Below, one piece after another: positions 39,501 through 50,707 of a stretch of 64,000 bases of DNA. Position 1 is the first letter of the stretch. Each line of letters starts with the position of its first letter. Made by a program: the position numbers and the translations under genes. Origin of the DNA: Acanthaster planci (taxonomy: Eukaryota); NCBI RefSeq assembly GCF_001949145.1, contig NW_019091356.1, positions 4,198,934 to 4,262,933 of the forward strand, given 5' to 3'. The notes below the pieces were generated by a model. It was given only the letters and a program-made list of their open reading frames with translations. It was not told the origin of the DNA and did no database searches.

Positions 39501-42500
39501 ATGAAAATACAACCTATTTAAACTCAAGGGGACAAACGTCCATTTTGAACGGATTGGAGGTAAAATCGAAAACCGACTAAGAAGTGATATTATATTTCTG
39601 CAAGCCTTGGCGGCCCATACAAGTTGTAGGCAAAATGAGAGTGGTCCATACTGTTTCACTTTGTTTTCGTTGTTGGCTAAAATTCTTCTGATTTTGTGTG
39701 ATAATGCTCATCGCTCATGTAAAAAATGCCCAACTTCTGTACGATTTGGTTTTAGAGCTTTTGAGTGTCCGTGTCTTTCAGTAATCATTGACTTTTAAAT
39801 GAAATGGCCAAACAAGTTTAAGACCAATCTTTCAAATACACTTTTGCCATACTGCATTCCGTATCTTATCTGCCACTTAGGTAGGTATCAGGTGAAGATA
39901 TTATTTAATCCTTCGGTATAAAAGGCGCCCATTTCTTCTTTGAAAAATCGTAACTTTACATGCTTTCGTGACTGCATAGTCCACAGTGTTTCTGACAATT
40001 CCTTAATCTCTACTGCCACATGTATGCTATTGAATTGCCTTAGTGCTATTGAAGGTACTCCATCAGCGGTGCATTGTTCAAATGCTCGTCGCTGCCTAAT
40101 AGTTTGAGCATCTGACGCTGTCCCCGGTGGAAAGGCAAGGCAGAAAGCTCAAGGTCGTGCCGACAACACTGGATCTGACTATTCAAGGAAGGAGGAAATG
40201 AAGGAATAATTGAACCCCAGCGACACCAACTTGGCAACAAATGAACCTGTCTGTATTATACCATGGAGGACGCAGCGTGCTTACTGCTCATGCCCAGTCG
40301 GCAATCGTGCTTTGCCATCAGCGTCTGCGCTAAGTCTTGTTTCTCGGCGCGGATATCTCCACGCCCTGACGGCTCTCGGTGGGAAATTTTGACCTTGGTT
40401 TGGGGGATTACATGTAGAGGGGAGAAAGAAACTGTAGGGTATTATGAGACATGTGAGCGCATATGGCACGGAATGCGCGATCCCTTACGTAGGGTGTTCA
40501 CGATCCACCAATGGCGTTTACACCTTAACACCTCTGTCACCATTGAGGGCGTACTTGTGCACAATATCATCGGAGGATGTTTAGATGTGAGTCCAGGGTA
40601 TAGCAGCTTTCACGGTAATAAATTCTAGTTTTTCACTTGCACTCCCTCTGCCAGTCCCCATGTGTAAGGTTTTATTTCGAAGTGGCCTCGCAGAACTCAC
40701 TATTGCATTGGCTCTCTGTTCAACCAGACCTTGGCGTATTGTTACCACCACCACTCACCTCTCCTTGGCCATGTCTGCTTAGTAATAAAATGTTACAGCT
40801 ACCTGTTACTTTTCAATACGACCAACTCAGCCGCGCAAAGAAGAAGGGCCCCCGGTAATTTCTCTCACGCCAAATAGCCTGCACATCAGCCAAAGGAGTA
40901 TGCAGGCTTCTAATTCAGGAAAAGCAATATCCCTTCCACTACTGCCAGCGAGTTACATGCAGAGTTTCCAAACACAAAAGCTAAATCCATGCGTGCCCTC
41001 GTCGTCGTACCAAAGTCATCCATTTCCGCACGATTGGGGTCGTGGAGACGATATCATGTAGAACGTTCTTTAATTAGAATGTCGCTCCCTTCGCACAACA
41101 TTTCTGAGCAGTCGAAATTCATTTTAACATTTAATTGAAACTCGAACATCAATATTAAATTTGCAAATTAGGTCAACGCAATTCAGGCATGGTACAATTA
41201 CCCCGTTGCCTACTTGAATCTCTTGGGTCTGCCAATCACCGTCACTCCCTCAGGTATAGAATTTCCTAATTAAAACTCATTTTAAAAATTCGACTTCTCT
41301 TTATACTTATGTGGAGTTTATATTTTCAGCGTTTTAACGACATTCCTTTCACGGCCTGAGACGCTGTATTTTAACTACGCAAACCGTCGGTCTCAAGGTG
41401 CAGAGGTGATGGAACCACCTCCCACAATTGTTGTCTGAGCGTGAATCGCACGGATCAGCAGGTGCAAGGTACAGAAAGTCACTGGCTTGACAGGTGGTTT
41501 GATGGGGGATCATTTTATCGGGAACACACAACGCATTCGATACTCTGCCTACTAGGAACCATTCCCTGGCATAGGACTCTCCTTACATTCAGGGCCGGTG
41601 TTGTAGGATATTGTGTCAGCCTTGTGTTCTCTCCAGCCGTTGGGGAGAATGTGTACACTAGGTGTGCGGCGCAGTTAATGAATGCTGATCAATAGAGCCG
41701 CTTACTATAATTTTAAAATCTGATTTTTTGGTGTACATATAGCTCTAAACGTTACCTCGACTAATTAGCGGTATTTTCGACCGAGTGTTCTCATTTTTTC
41801 GGACCTATATGTATTTGTCTTATTTATAGCTCTTCAATTGAGCCGACCCAGTTTATCGCAGTCTATCTTTTACCAAGAGACTGATTATTAAAATACGCGC
41901 AGTTGTGTGTGTTTTTTTTGTGATTCGGTCCCTCGGACATGATTACTACAGGCAAGTACGTCGCGTCTGAACGGCGCGCCGGTGCACTCTGAAAGGATAA
42001 TTATTGAGAACACGAAGGAAATAGGTTGACAGTTTGATTTATGCTTTAATTTGGGAAAAAATGATTCTCTCAGAAAGAGCCGTGTTACCGATACCTTATT
42101 GGAAAACACAAGAATCAATTTCCACTGCCAGAAGTAAAATTGTGTGAGTTTTCTTGTTTGACCTGTTAGCAAATACTTTACACTAAAGTAATACAAATGG
42201 TAAAATATTAATAGAATAAACAAAGATAAACTCTGCACCTTTGTCTTAAAGTATTTGTAACTTTATTTGTAGTAAAAAAAATCTATTTTAATGGAAAATT
42301 TCAAACAATCTACCAGAGTAACTGGAGGGTATGTAATGCTAGGATTATTCAGACTGAGAGGTCAAGCTGATTATTTCTTCCTCTGAATAATGTGGACGCA
42401 CTATATTTTCATCGAAATCACGAAATCAATATTTTGTTTCCATGCAGTCATCGCTTCATTAGCCCAATGCGTATCGTTTCTGGTAGGCTGAAGCATTGAG

Positions 42501-45062
42501 ATAGTACCTCCGCTGTCTTGTAAAACAAAAACTGTCCACTGGTTGAGACACGAAATACGTCCCCTCCGAAGTACATCACATTACTGAGGAAAGTACATGT
42601 ATAAGTCTTTGAGTATATGCCTGCCTGACTTTTGAGTTGTTCAGAGTGAAACTAATTTGAAATGTCATTTTCTCCTTACGGCTTTGCCCAAATCTATTGT
42701 CATTTGGAGCAGACAATATATCATCATCATCTACACGATCTCACACCGAGACAGTTAGCAAAGGGAAATATCGGCGACTTTGTGAGCAGGTGCTAGTGTG
42801 ATAGCGACGTGATTAAATTGCAGGGCAGCCGAACAAAATCGAGCTAATGGTGAAAATTGTCTCGCCTTTCGGACACGCTGTGGGAGTATGTGTTTCACAG
42901 TCACGTGTGGCTAGTCTAGTGTCTTCAAATTACATGGTTAGATTTGATTGGTTGGATCTGTTTGTTTGAATTGGTTGAGATTTTTCAGACCCAGCAAGCT
43001 GGAGAGTTAATTGGTCAAACGATTTGCACCATTGGGTGGTTTGTGCTGGGCAGCCAAATTTTGTTTGCATGAGACTGGTAATGCAAAGGGGGTGTAATTT
43101 ACCAAACGGCAGTCCATAGAGGGACACGAAATGAGCCATCCTAGAATCGACGAGTTATCTGAACACTTGGCCATATTTTTCTCACTTGTTGGTTTGCGGT
43201 CATGTTTTCATACGAACCAGCAACACGCACTACGTGCACATCAGAATGCGAAGCGGTCCATTTTTAGTGAACGATCAGCCCAACCCACGCAAGCTGTGGG
43301 GGACTTTAGCACTTCTTCGGTCATTATATCAGTCCCTGAAACTTGTGTACTGTGACATTCAGAATGGAGGAATCTATGTCACTGACCTAGAATGACACGT
43401 TTCCATCCTCCTGGAAAGGACAGTGATCGATGATCATTGTACTAAAGCACATACACTTGTATACCGGATGTGAGTATGAGGTAGCCATTGTTCAAGAAAA
43501 CATAATGGTGCATGGGACTTCGGTGATTGTTGACAGAAATCTCTTTGATTATCAAACTGGTTACCAGGAAGTGGTTACTATCGTGCAAATACAAACGCAT
43601 AATGTTAACTGTGTGTATTGTTGATCGATACCGAGAGAGGAGTAATACGAAATTTCATTTGATTCAATTTCTACGTGTACTGGGCACTGAAAAGGACATG
43701 ATGTATGTAAGTGACGACAGCCCAGTGGTCATAAAATTTGCAACATTATTAGCCTGTTTGACATTAACCAATTCAGTGCTTACTCCCGTTTCTGACACGC
43801 ACCGTAAATTTTAAGCTAGCCAAATGCACAGGAATAACAAAGTGTAACTCTTACAAAATCATGACCAGCTTTTTTTCCTCTTTTGGAAAAAATCCTTCAC
43901 TGAAAATCGATAATTTAGAGCTGTTGGTAGAATGGTGAGGTCAAGGTTAGTTGCTCGGGATTCAATATTTAATTCGTGATCTAATTTGGGATCGAGTGAT
44001 AGTTATACATGCATTTGTGGCGACAAACACTCCAGGCGTATCGGAACACGCTGGCCCGTCCGTTCCGCTTGACTTGCAAACTGACAGGTTGTCTCTAGGT
44101 GTGAAAATTACCCCGTCGAAAGTAATGGCAATCATTAGTGTTGGGTGCATGGTATCGTCCGGTTTTCAGTGAGGTTTCGGCGGCGGCAATTTGTATATCC
44201 CCCTCCCAATTTTAAGAAGGGTGTTTGGATTATTGTCAGAACAATGTGCTTGTACGGAAAGCCACATGCAATGGAAAGACATTCTTATCACAGGAATACA
44301 GCAGAAAATTAGAAATGGTAGTGGAATCAAAAGTAGCATGACATCAAAAATCGCTGCATCAAAAAGTTCCTCATGGCAAATACACTTTCAGTACCAATCG
44401 GTTGCATGGTACATGTAGTCATCATTTATCCACTCCACAATGGGGCATTATATTGCAATGAATGCCTTTTATCAAGGGAATATCAATGGTTTCATTTTAT
44501 CATTGATCGACTCAAAGTCCCCAGGCTTGACATAAGTTTCGGTATTTGCGGCCAATCGCAATTATGTAGTTATACGGTCGCTTCAATATTAGGGATGAAT
44601 TCCGAGAAACCTCAAAAGTGCCTGGTCGCCAACCTTTAGGTGGAACCGCAAAATCGCTGAAAATAGACATTTACAGTGCGTTGTAAATCTCAATCTGTCA
44701 ATTCCGACATCCACGACACATGAAACCCAGAGTTATGTGGTTCTGTGTAAGTATACACAGTCTGTTTCCATGAAGTTTAAACATGAGCGATTCCACCTCC
44801 TGGTACATGTTCATAGAAACACATGTCCCAAGGTTGATCGTATGTTGATGTTTTTAAGCACACACGACCACGCAATTTACACGGGTCAAGGACAGCTGTT
44901 GAACCCTTTTTTGGTGTTTGCATCTAATCTGGCTTCTATGCTGCTCGTACCACGGAGGTACAGTACAAGTAGGAAAAAACAGTGTACGATGAATCCAGCC
45001 GGCCAAATATTATATTGCGTTTCTGTGAACTAGCTCACAAGGCCGGTATCCGCCTTGTGCAG

Positions 45063-45241
45063 AAGCACCCCCTCATCGGTCGAAAAGAGCCATGTTGGTC
45101 GGTAGTGAGTCATTGTGCTGTTAGTGACGCGACCGTAACGCGTGCATTTCATAGTTGTTTGTGAACCACCGAAGTGCAGTTCCGACCAAAGGAGCCTCCG
45201 TTGCTTGGAAAATTGCGTCCTCTCTTGGTCCTGCTCGGGGC
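45063..45241 (+). repeat. Dispersed repeat family B copy 2
   Basis: Colinear, diverged copy of 7038-7221 in the same orientation. Confidence 0.85.
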
Positions 45242-47439
45242 TCAAATAGGTCTCCAGCAGATCATTTACCCCGATTATGTGTGTCTCGATTGTCGTTGAA
45301 AACAAGGCTTTCATCGTGAGTGGAGAAGAATCCATTGCACCTTGACATTGAGGGCGCACGTAGTGTAACAGGATTCGCAGGCGGTTTCAGCAGTACATGT
45401 CCACGGGACATGCTCTGATGCAAGATGCGACCGACTTGAATAACTTCTATAGCCGTACACCGTCGTCATTTTTTGATGGTACGTGATCGTCGTCTTTCAT
45501 CAAGCTGACTGGGGGATTGGCCTGCCTACTTTCTGAAGAACGTCTAGTTTGATGACTGTGTCTTGCGATTAATAGTCAAGATTTCTGGCGCGATAGTTTC
45601 ATTACTTGTCTGAATTGGCTTAAAAGCACATCGGCAATTGACACTGAATGACTGACACTTGGCGCGAAAGATATTCCCTACAGGTTTACAGATCAAGAGG
45701 TGAAGCAGCAAACATCAGGAACCTCCTTTAGATTGCTACAGATTTTCTAGTTTGTCTGGGCTCTATCGGCAATTCATACCATCTTAAATCTTTTAAACAA
45801 GTTTGGTAGGAGTTACATGGGTCCCGGGGATTTCTATATACAAGCACAAGTTGATGCAATCCAAATATTTGATTGCTTTTGTAAAGGCATTATCATGAAG
45901 CTGGCGTCAATTTTTTTTTTACTTTCAAACTAGCATTTTGCGGACTCAAATTTCTCAAATGGCACCATTCCTTCTGGAAGATACCTCAGAGTTCGCAAAT
46001 TATCATGAAAATGCATGACTTGTATTTGGAAGCTCGGGAATAGCTGGGTTGAATTCCTCAGTGCACGTCAGTATGTTGAACCCAAAACCTGGAAAGCATT
46101 ATCAGGTTAATATCAATCTCTATGTGGACTGTTTGTATTTGATGGACCCTGGTTATAGCTTTAGCTGGCTGGCATGTACAATTCTCAGATTTTCAGCACT
46201 TGCTCTATGACTGATGCCACTCAGTCCCTCCTGGGTCCATAGTCACTTCCGACACTGCGCAGTATTGCTATATTCCCAGGAGCAATAAATATGTAAGTTG
46301 ACATCTTGACCTAGAGATCCAGAGTTGGCACGTGATTTCATCATAGAACGGGTTGACCTTCGACACATATCACTGCAGTCTTTTACGCTATGAGAGTCAA
46401 TGGCACAGGCTTAGTCCACATCCCACACATGCCTGGAATTAATCTTCCTCGGCGCACATCTTCGTTGCTGGTCGTTGGTTTTGGTTGTTATTTTTCTGTC
46501 AACAAAAAGTACTGCAGCAGTTGTTCCTTTGCAGTCATACCCGTGTGAACTCATAAAACGCAATACATGTTGGCCTACTCTTGCAGATCCATTCTGATCG
46601 GCAATTCTTATCTCAAATTGAATATGCATGGTAGCCAATCTGCGGGTATTTACGTTTTCAGTATTCATTGATTCCACAGTAAGAATGCATTCCCGTGTAT
46701 GAACTACTTGTAGTAAAACAAAACCAAATGCCTGCACATAGGATAGCTCATGTCACGCTGTAAAATGTACGCTGAACTGTAAATTCCAGGTAAAATACGT
46801 ATGCAGGAAATCAATGAATGTCTCGTATGATCAAAGAAGGGGAAATGTGATGCCGTCAATTACTCAAGAGCGTATGGAGCACGAAGTCTTACAGTTACTT
46901 AATCACTGAAGTACTAACGCGCACCTCAAAACGTTTATAGAGGGCGCTACACACGTTGCTCATAGTCGATGCTTTCACGCAGTGGGACGTTTGAAGACCT
47001 CTTCTCAGCGAGACACCCCATTGTAAACCTGTCAGGGAAAAGGTCCAATTAAAACAGTTACGTTATAGTTCAATCAAAGTAACTGTACGGTGGAGCCATC
47101 CTATGCCGGTGCACTTAACATGCATTTCTCCCGGTGCCATGAGCTTACCAGGAAACGTGCGTGGTGATTGACCACAAACTCAATTGGAATTTATGTGTCT
47201 CTTCTCTCCATTGATCCCGTTACCTAGACACCTCACCTATGGCAAAGCATCGTGCTTTGGGCATTCGCGCCACCTCTTCTACAAATGGTGTCAGAGATGT
47301 GATGAATCAACACATTCGTTGTTCTCTCATAAAATAACCAATGACAGCATGTGCCGGGATAAAGCCACGCCTCGCTTCGACTACTCGACCGCAAGCGTCT
47401 CACCCGACAACGCCCTCTTCGTGATCCCTGTGAAGCGAA

Positions 47440-47454
47440 TCGCCAGAGGGCGCC
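47440..47454 (+). promoter_or_regulatory. CTCF-like site
   Basis: TCGCCAGAGGGCGCC, one mismatch from the CTCF core CCRSYAGRKGGCRS. Confidence 0.45.
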
Positions 47455-49029
47455 GTCGCTTTGTCTTTGTGCCTGCTCTTCATTTGCGTCTGAACGTAAA
47501 GAATCTGTAGCAGATCTTATCAAAACACAACATCTAATAAAAGTGGCCCACGGCGTCTTGCTGTCCTTGTCCCACCCTCTGTCGGCCCAGTGCCAGCAAT
47601 CAAACCAGAGTGTTGTCCAACTATTGATTTTGGGCAGCCCCGAAGGCGCTCTTTGCCGCCCTACCGTCAGTCTCTTGTCCAAATGCAATGGTCCGATGCG
47701 TCCAGCCTGAACGCATTTAATCAAATGGATGGAGCGTGATTCTTCAGGAAAACAAGGCCCGCCACAAGCACCGGTGGTCATCATGGATATGACCATTAAT
47801 GGAAATGCCTTATATCTCTCGAGACTTCAAGATGTGGGCCTGTGTGTCTGATTAGTAGCCCTTTAAATTTATTTCTGAATGTCATTTACTTGGAAACAGT
47901 GCATCTTTATGTCAGTACGCTGTAATAGTGATATAGTGTTGAAGGGTAGAGGTATTTTTGCATTTTCAGCGTGAAGTATTCAGTACGAAGTGCGCGATGT
48001 AATTACCGTAATAAAATATTGTTTTGTGTTGATTGGATCGTACATTAAATATCAGCGGTGCCATTTATGAATAAACTGTGTCATTTCTTTTCGCTATTTC
48101 ACTCCCATGAAATATCCACCATCGGATAGACCTACATCCTGAAAGGCGACTCCTCCACACGCGTCGGTTGTTGGACCAGAGAGGCGCTGGAGTAGACAGA
48201 GGAAAACGCGGTGATGGAAGCATTACGCAAAGGTTGTAATTCCTGTCTTGATGGACGCTCGCCGTGCATGCCCACTTAACAGTGGGTTATGCTAACCAAG
48301 ATTGATTGCACCCAAGTCGCTCAGATGTGTAACCGCCGCTAGTGGTCCACATGATTGATACAGGTTTTTTTACCCTGGAAATGTCGCATGCATGCCCTCG
48401 ACAATGCCGCCTGTTTGATAAATGATTTATTTCTAGAGCACCCTTTTTTTCAAAACCACTTATATGGTTTTGATCGTGGTCTTGTTAACATTTAGCCGTG
48501 ACGCCATCAAAGTTCACCCATTTCGTCTCACGGCTGGTACAAATCATTCGAGGTACATGTAATGGGAAACTGGCATTATCACTAACTTATTCCTTGACAT
48601 GTGTAAAAGCTGTATGCACTTCAAGAAGCCACCGTTGCGTTATTAGTATCAGACAGTCAATTGTGCGCAGCATGTCACTAGAACATGCCTTCCTGAATCT
48701 TAACTCTGCAGCCTTTCCACTTGATTTTCAAGTTCCCTGATAGCCAGCGTTAAGGGACAGCGTGCAACAGGTCTAATTGACGTCGTGTCTCTTGGCTACT
48801 CTTAGGTATCTGTTGTTGGACTTTGACAAATCAACCAAATATCGTATTCAGATCATCTTCAGTTGTGAAATCTCGGTCAAGAGGTGCAACACAGGAAGTT
48901 AAGATCTATTCAAATTTTTGATTTAATATCTGTTTCCACCAAGTGAAAGGACGGGGCTCTCCTTTAAGTGCTGTTTTAGCACTTAAGAGTTGAAACGGTT
49001 TGTGTACTCACTCCCTGACGAGTTTACCC

Positions 49030-49261
49030 CACGACATGTTTAGATATTTCATATTGAAGTGCGCTTAGAAACCTGTTTAAATGCTTAACGCTTTTCCTTG
49101 GTTTACGTTCAGCTTCTTGAAATCCATTAAGCATTTACACACATCCCGAAACGCATTTCAATTGTATATTTAAATATGTAGTTTGTAAAACGTGTTAAAA
49201 TGTGTGTAAAGAAACGTGTTTAGAAATGTGTTGAAGTTCTGAGTGCTTTTTTTTTACAGTG
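49030..49261. mobile_element. Remnant (one end) of a non-autonomous DNA transposon with a CACTGTAAAA-type terminus
   Basis: Ends in TTTTTTTTTACAGTG. Contains repeated AAACGTGTT-like subterminal units and two perfect 11-bp inverted repeats (49078-49088/49127-49137 and 49134-49144/49200-49210). No matching left terminus seen. Confidence 0.5.
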
Positions 49262-50459
49262 CACTTCCAAATGTTCACAGAACCGTTTGCCTTTGAACAT
49301 TACATTAGTCTCAATCAACTAGATACTATACTCAAATAATATTTGGAATTGCTTCGTGAAGCAGTGAGCATGGCAGCTGATTGCCTCTCGGGGATAATCG
49401 AATGTTGAGCTGACAGCGATGTCAGTGCGCCGGTACACCTACTGAGTGAATCCGTATCGATTCTGTCATCGGGACGGAAAGGAGAGCACTCAAGTAGCCT
49501 TGGTGTGCGCCGAATAATCGATCACGACTTGACACCGGAGTCGATGAATTCGTACTCACCGAGAGTGTCAGGATCGATTAAATTCTACATCTGAATCATC
49601 TGGTCTAGAAAAAAAAGTCTAGTTTGCATTGTGTTGCTGTTGATACGTTTGTAGTTCTTTACTGATAACACCAAACCTTTTTGGTTTGTTCTATCGGGAT
49701 CTTCAGTCTGATATCCATGGTGTGAGAACGTTTAGTAATCTTGTTTATTTTAAACGAAACTGAAGTATTCAAGTTTCGACTTTGCTCCTCCACGAAACTT
49801 TCCTCTGAAAAAGAAAGACACACATAATGTCTTATGGCTTTGAAAGGATTTGATGGTATAGAAGAAACTCAAGACGGTTTGAAATCGGATTATTAGATTA
49901 AACCCATATTCAATCTGATGTGTGATTTTCCTAAGCCGTGCAAACACACGGATTGACCCACATAAGCCTCAGGCGCAGAGAGCACAAATCAAATACGTGT
50001 AATGTTGTCAAGGGGGAGTGGGGAAGCCTCGTCCGCACACGTCCTGTGTGAGCCGGACTCTGCGTTGGAACGTGAGAGCGCTTTAATTCGGCCCAGTTCA
50101 TTACAAGCACAACCTTTTCGTACAATCCCATTGCGATCCCTGAATAATGGACAGCGGGGAGGGACTTTAATCATCAGGACTTTTGGCAGGTTCTGCAAAG
50201 TAATGGGATCAAATAAGAAACAGAAGCCTGTGGTATTTACTTTGGTATACCAATTAAGCTGTTTAAATTGACCATGCAAACAGTCGATGGATGAAAGGTG
50301 GACTTGCAGATAAGAAAAAAAAAGGCCGTCACGCTCGGTTCCGTTGCTGCATAAATTTCCTTTGGAGCCACGCGAAACGCACTGACAGGCCAACACCGAT
50401 AGTTGGAGTGAGATTCGCTTACGATACGTTACCCAAGCCCCGAATGCGAACGCCTCATT

Positions 50460-50707
50460 GCCAATTCCAACTCCATCACCGGTTCATTAATACGGAAAAT
50501 CGTGGCATTGCGCGGCGCGAGGCTACACAGGCTCGTGCGCAACATCCTCACTAGACCCCTCCAGCGACGGCCGATATATAGATACATTGTTGTCAAACCA
50601 ACACAGCAGAGAACTCCACGCTGAACGGTGTCCCTGCCGAGTTCCTACTGCTGCCCTGTCGTCGACAATTTGGAGTATAATTTATACCAGGAGCACACGA
50701 GCGACAG
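50460..50707 (+). promoter_or_regulatory. Candidate TATA promoter plus short non-coding first exon
   Basis: CCAAT at 50461, CpG-rich 50500-50575 with a C/EBP-like GTGCGCAAC, TATATAG at 50575-50581, an ATG-free stretch of about 100 nt, then donor CAG|GTAGGT at 50708. Confidence 0.45.

Noticed and set aside
40114..40133. GACGCTGTCCCCGGTGGAAA as a REST/RE1 site
   Set aside because: Only one half matches, and the GTGCTGA half is broken.
43345..43395. VYCDIQNGG resembling a fibrinogen-domain VYCDM..GGW motif
   Set aside because: It lacks the conserved Trp and an in-frame stop follows within a few codons.
47233..47796. Longest ORF (187 aa, - strand)
   Set aside because: Composition is Arg/Trp/Cys-rich like non-coding GC-rich DNA, with no recognisable family.
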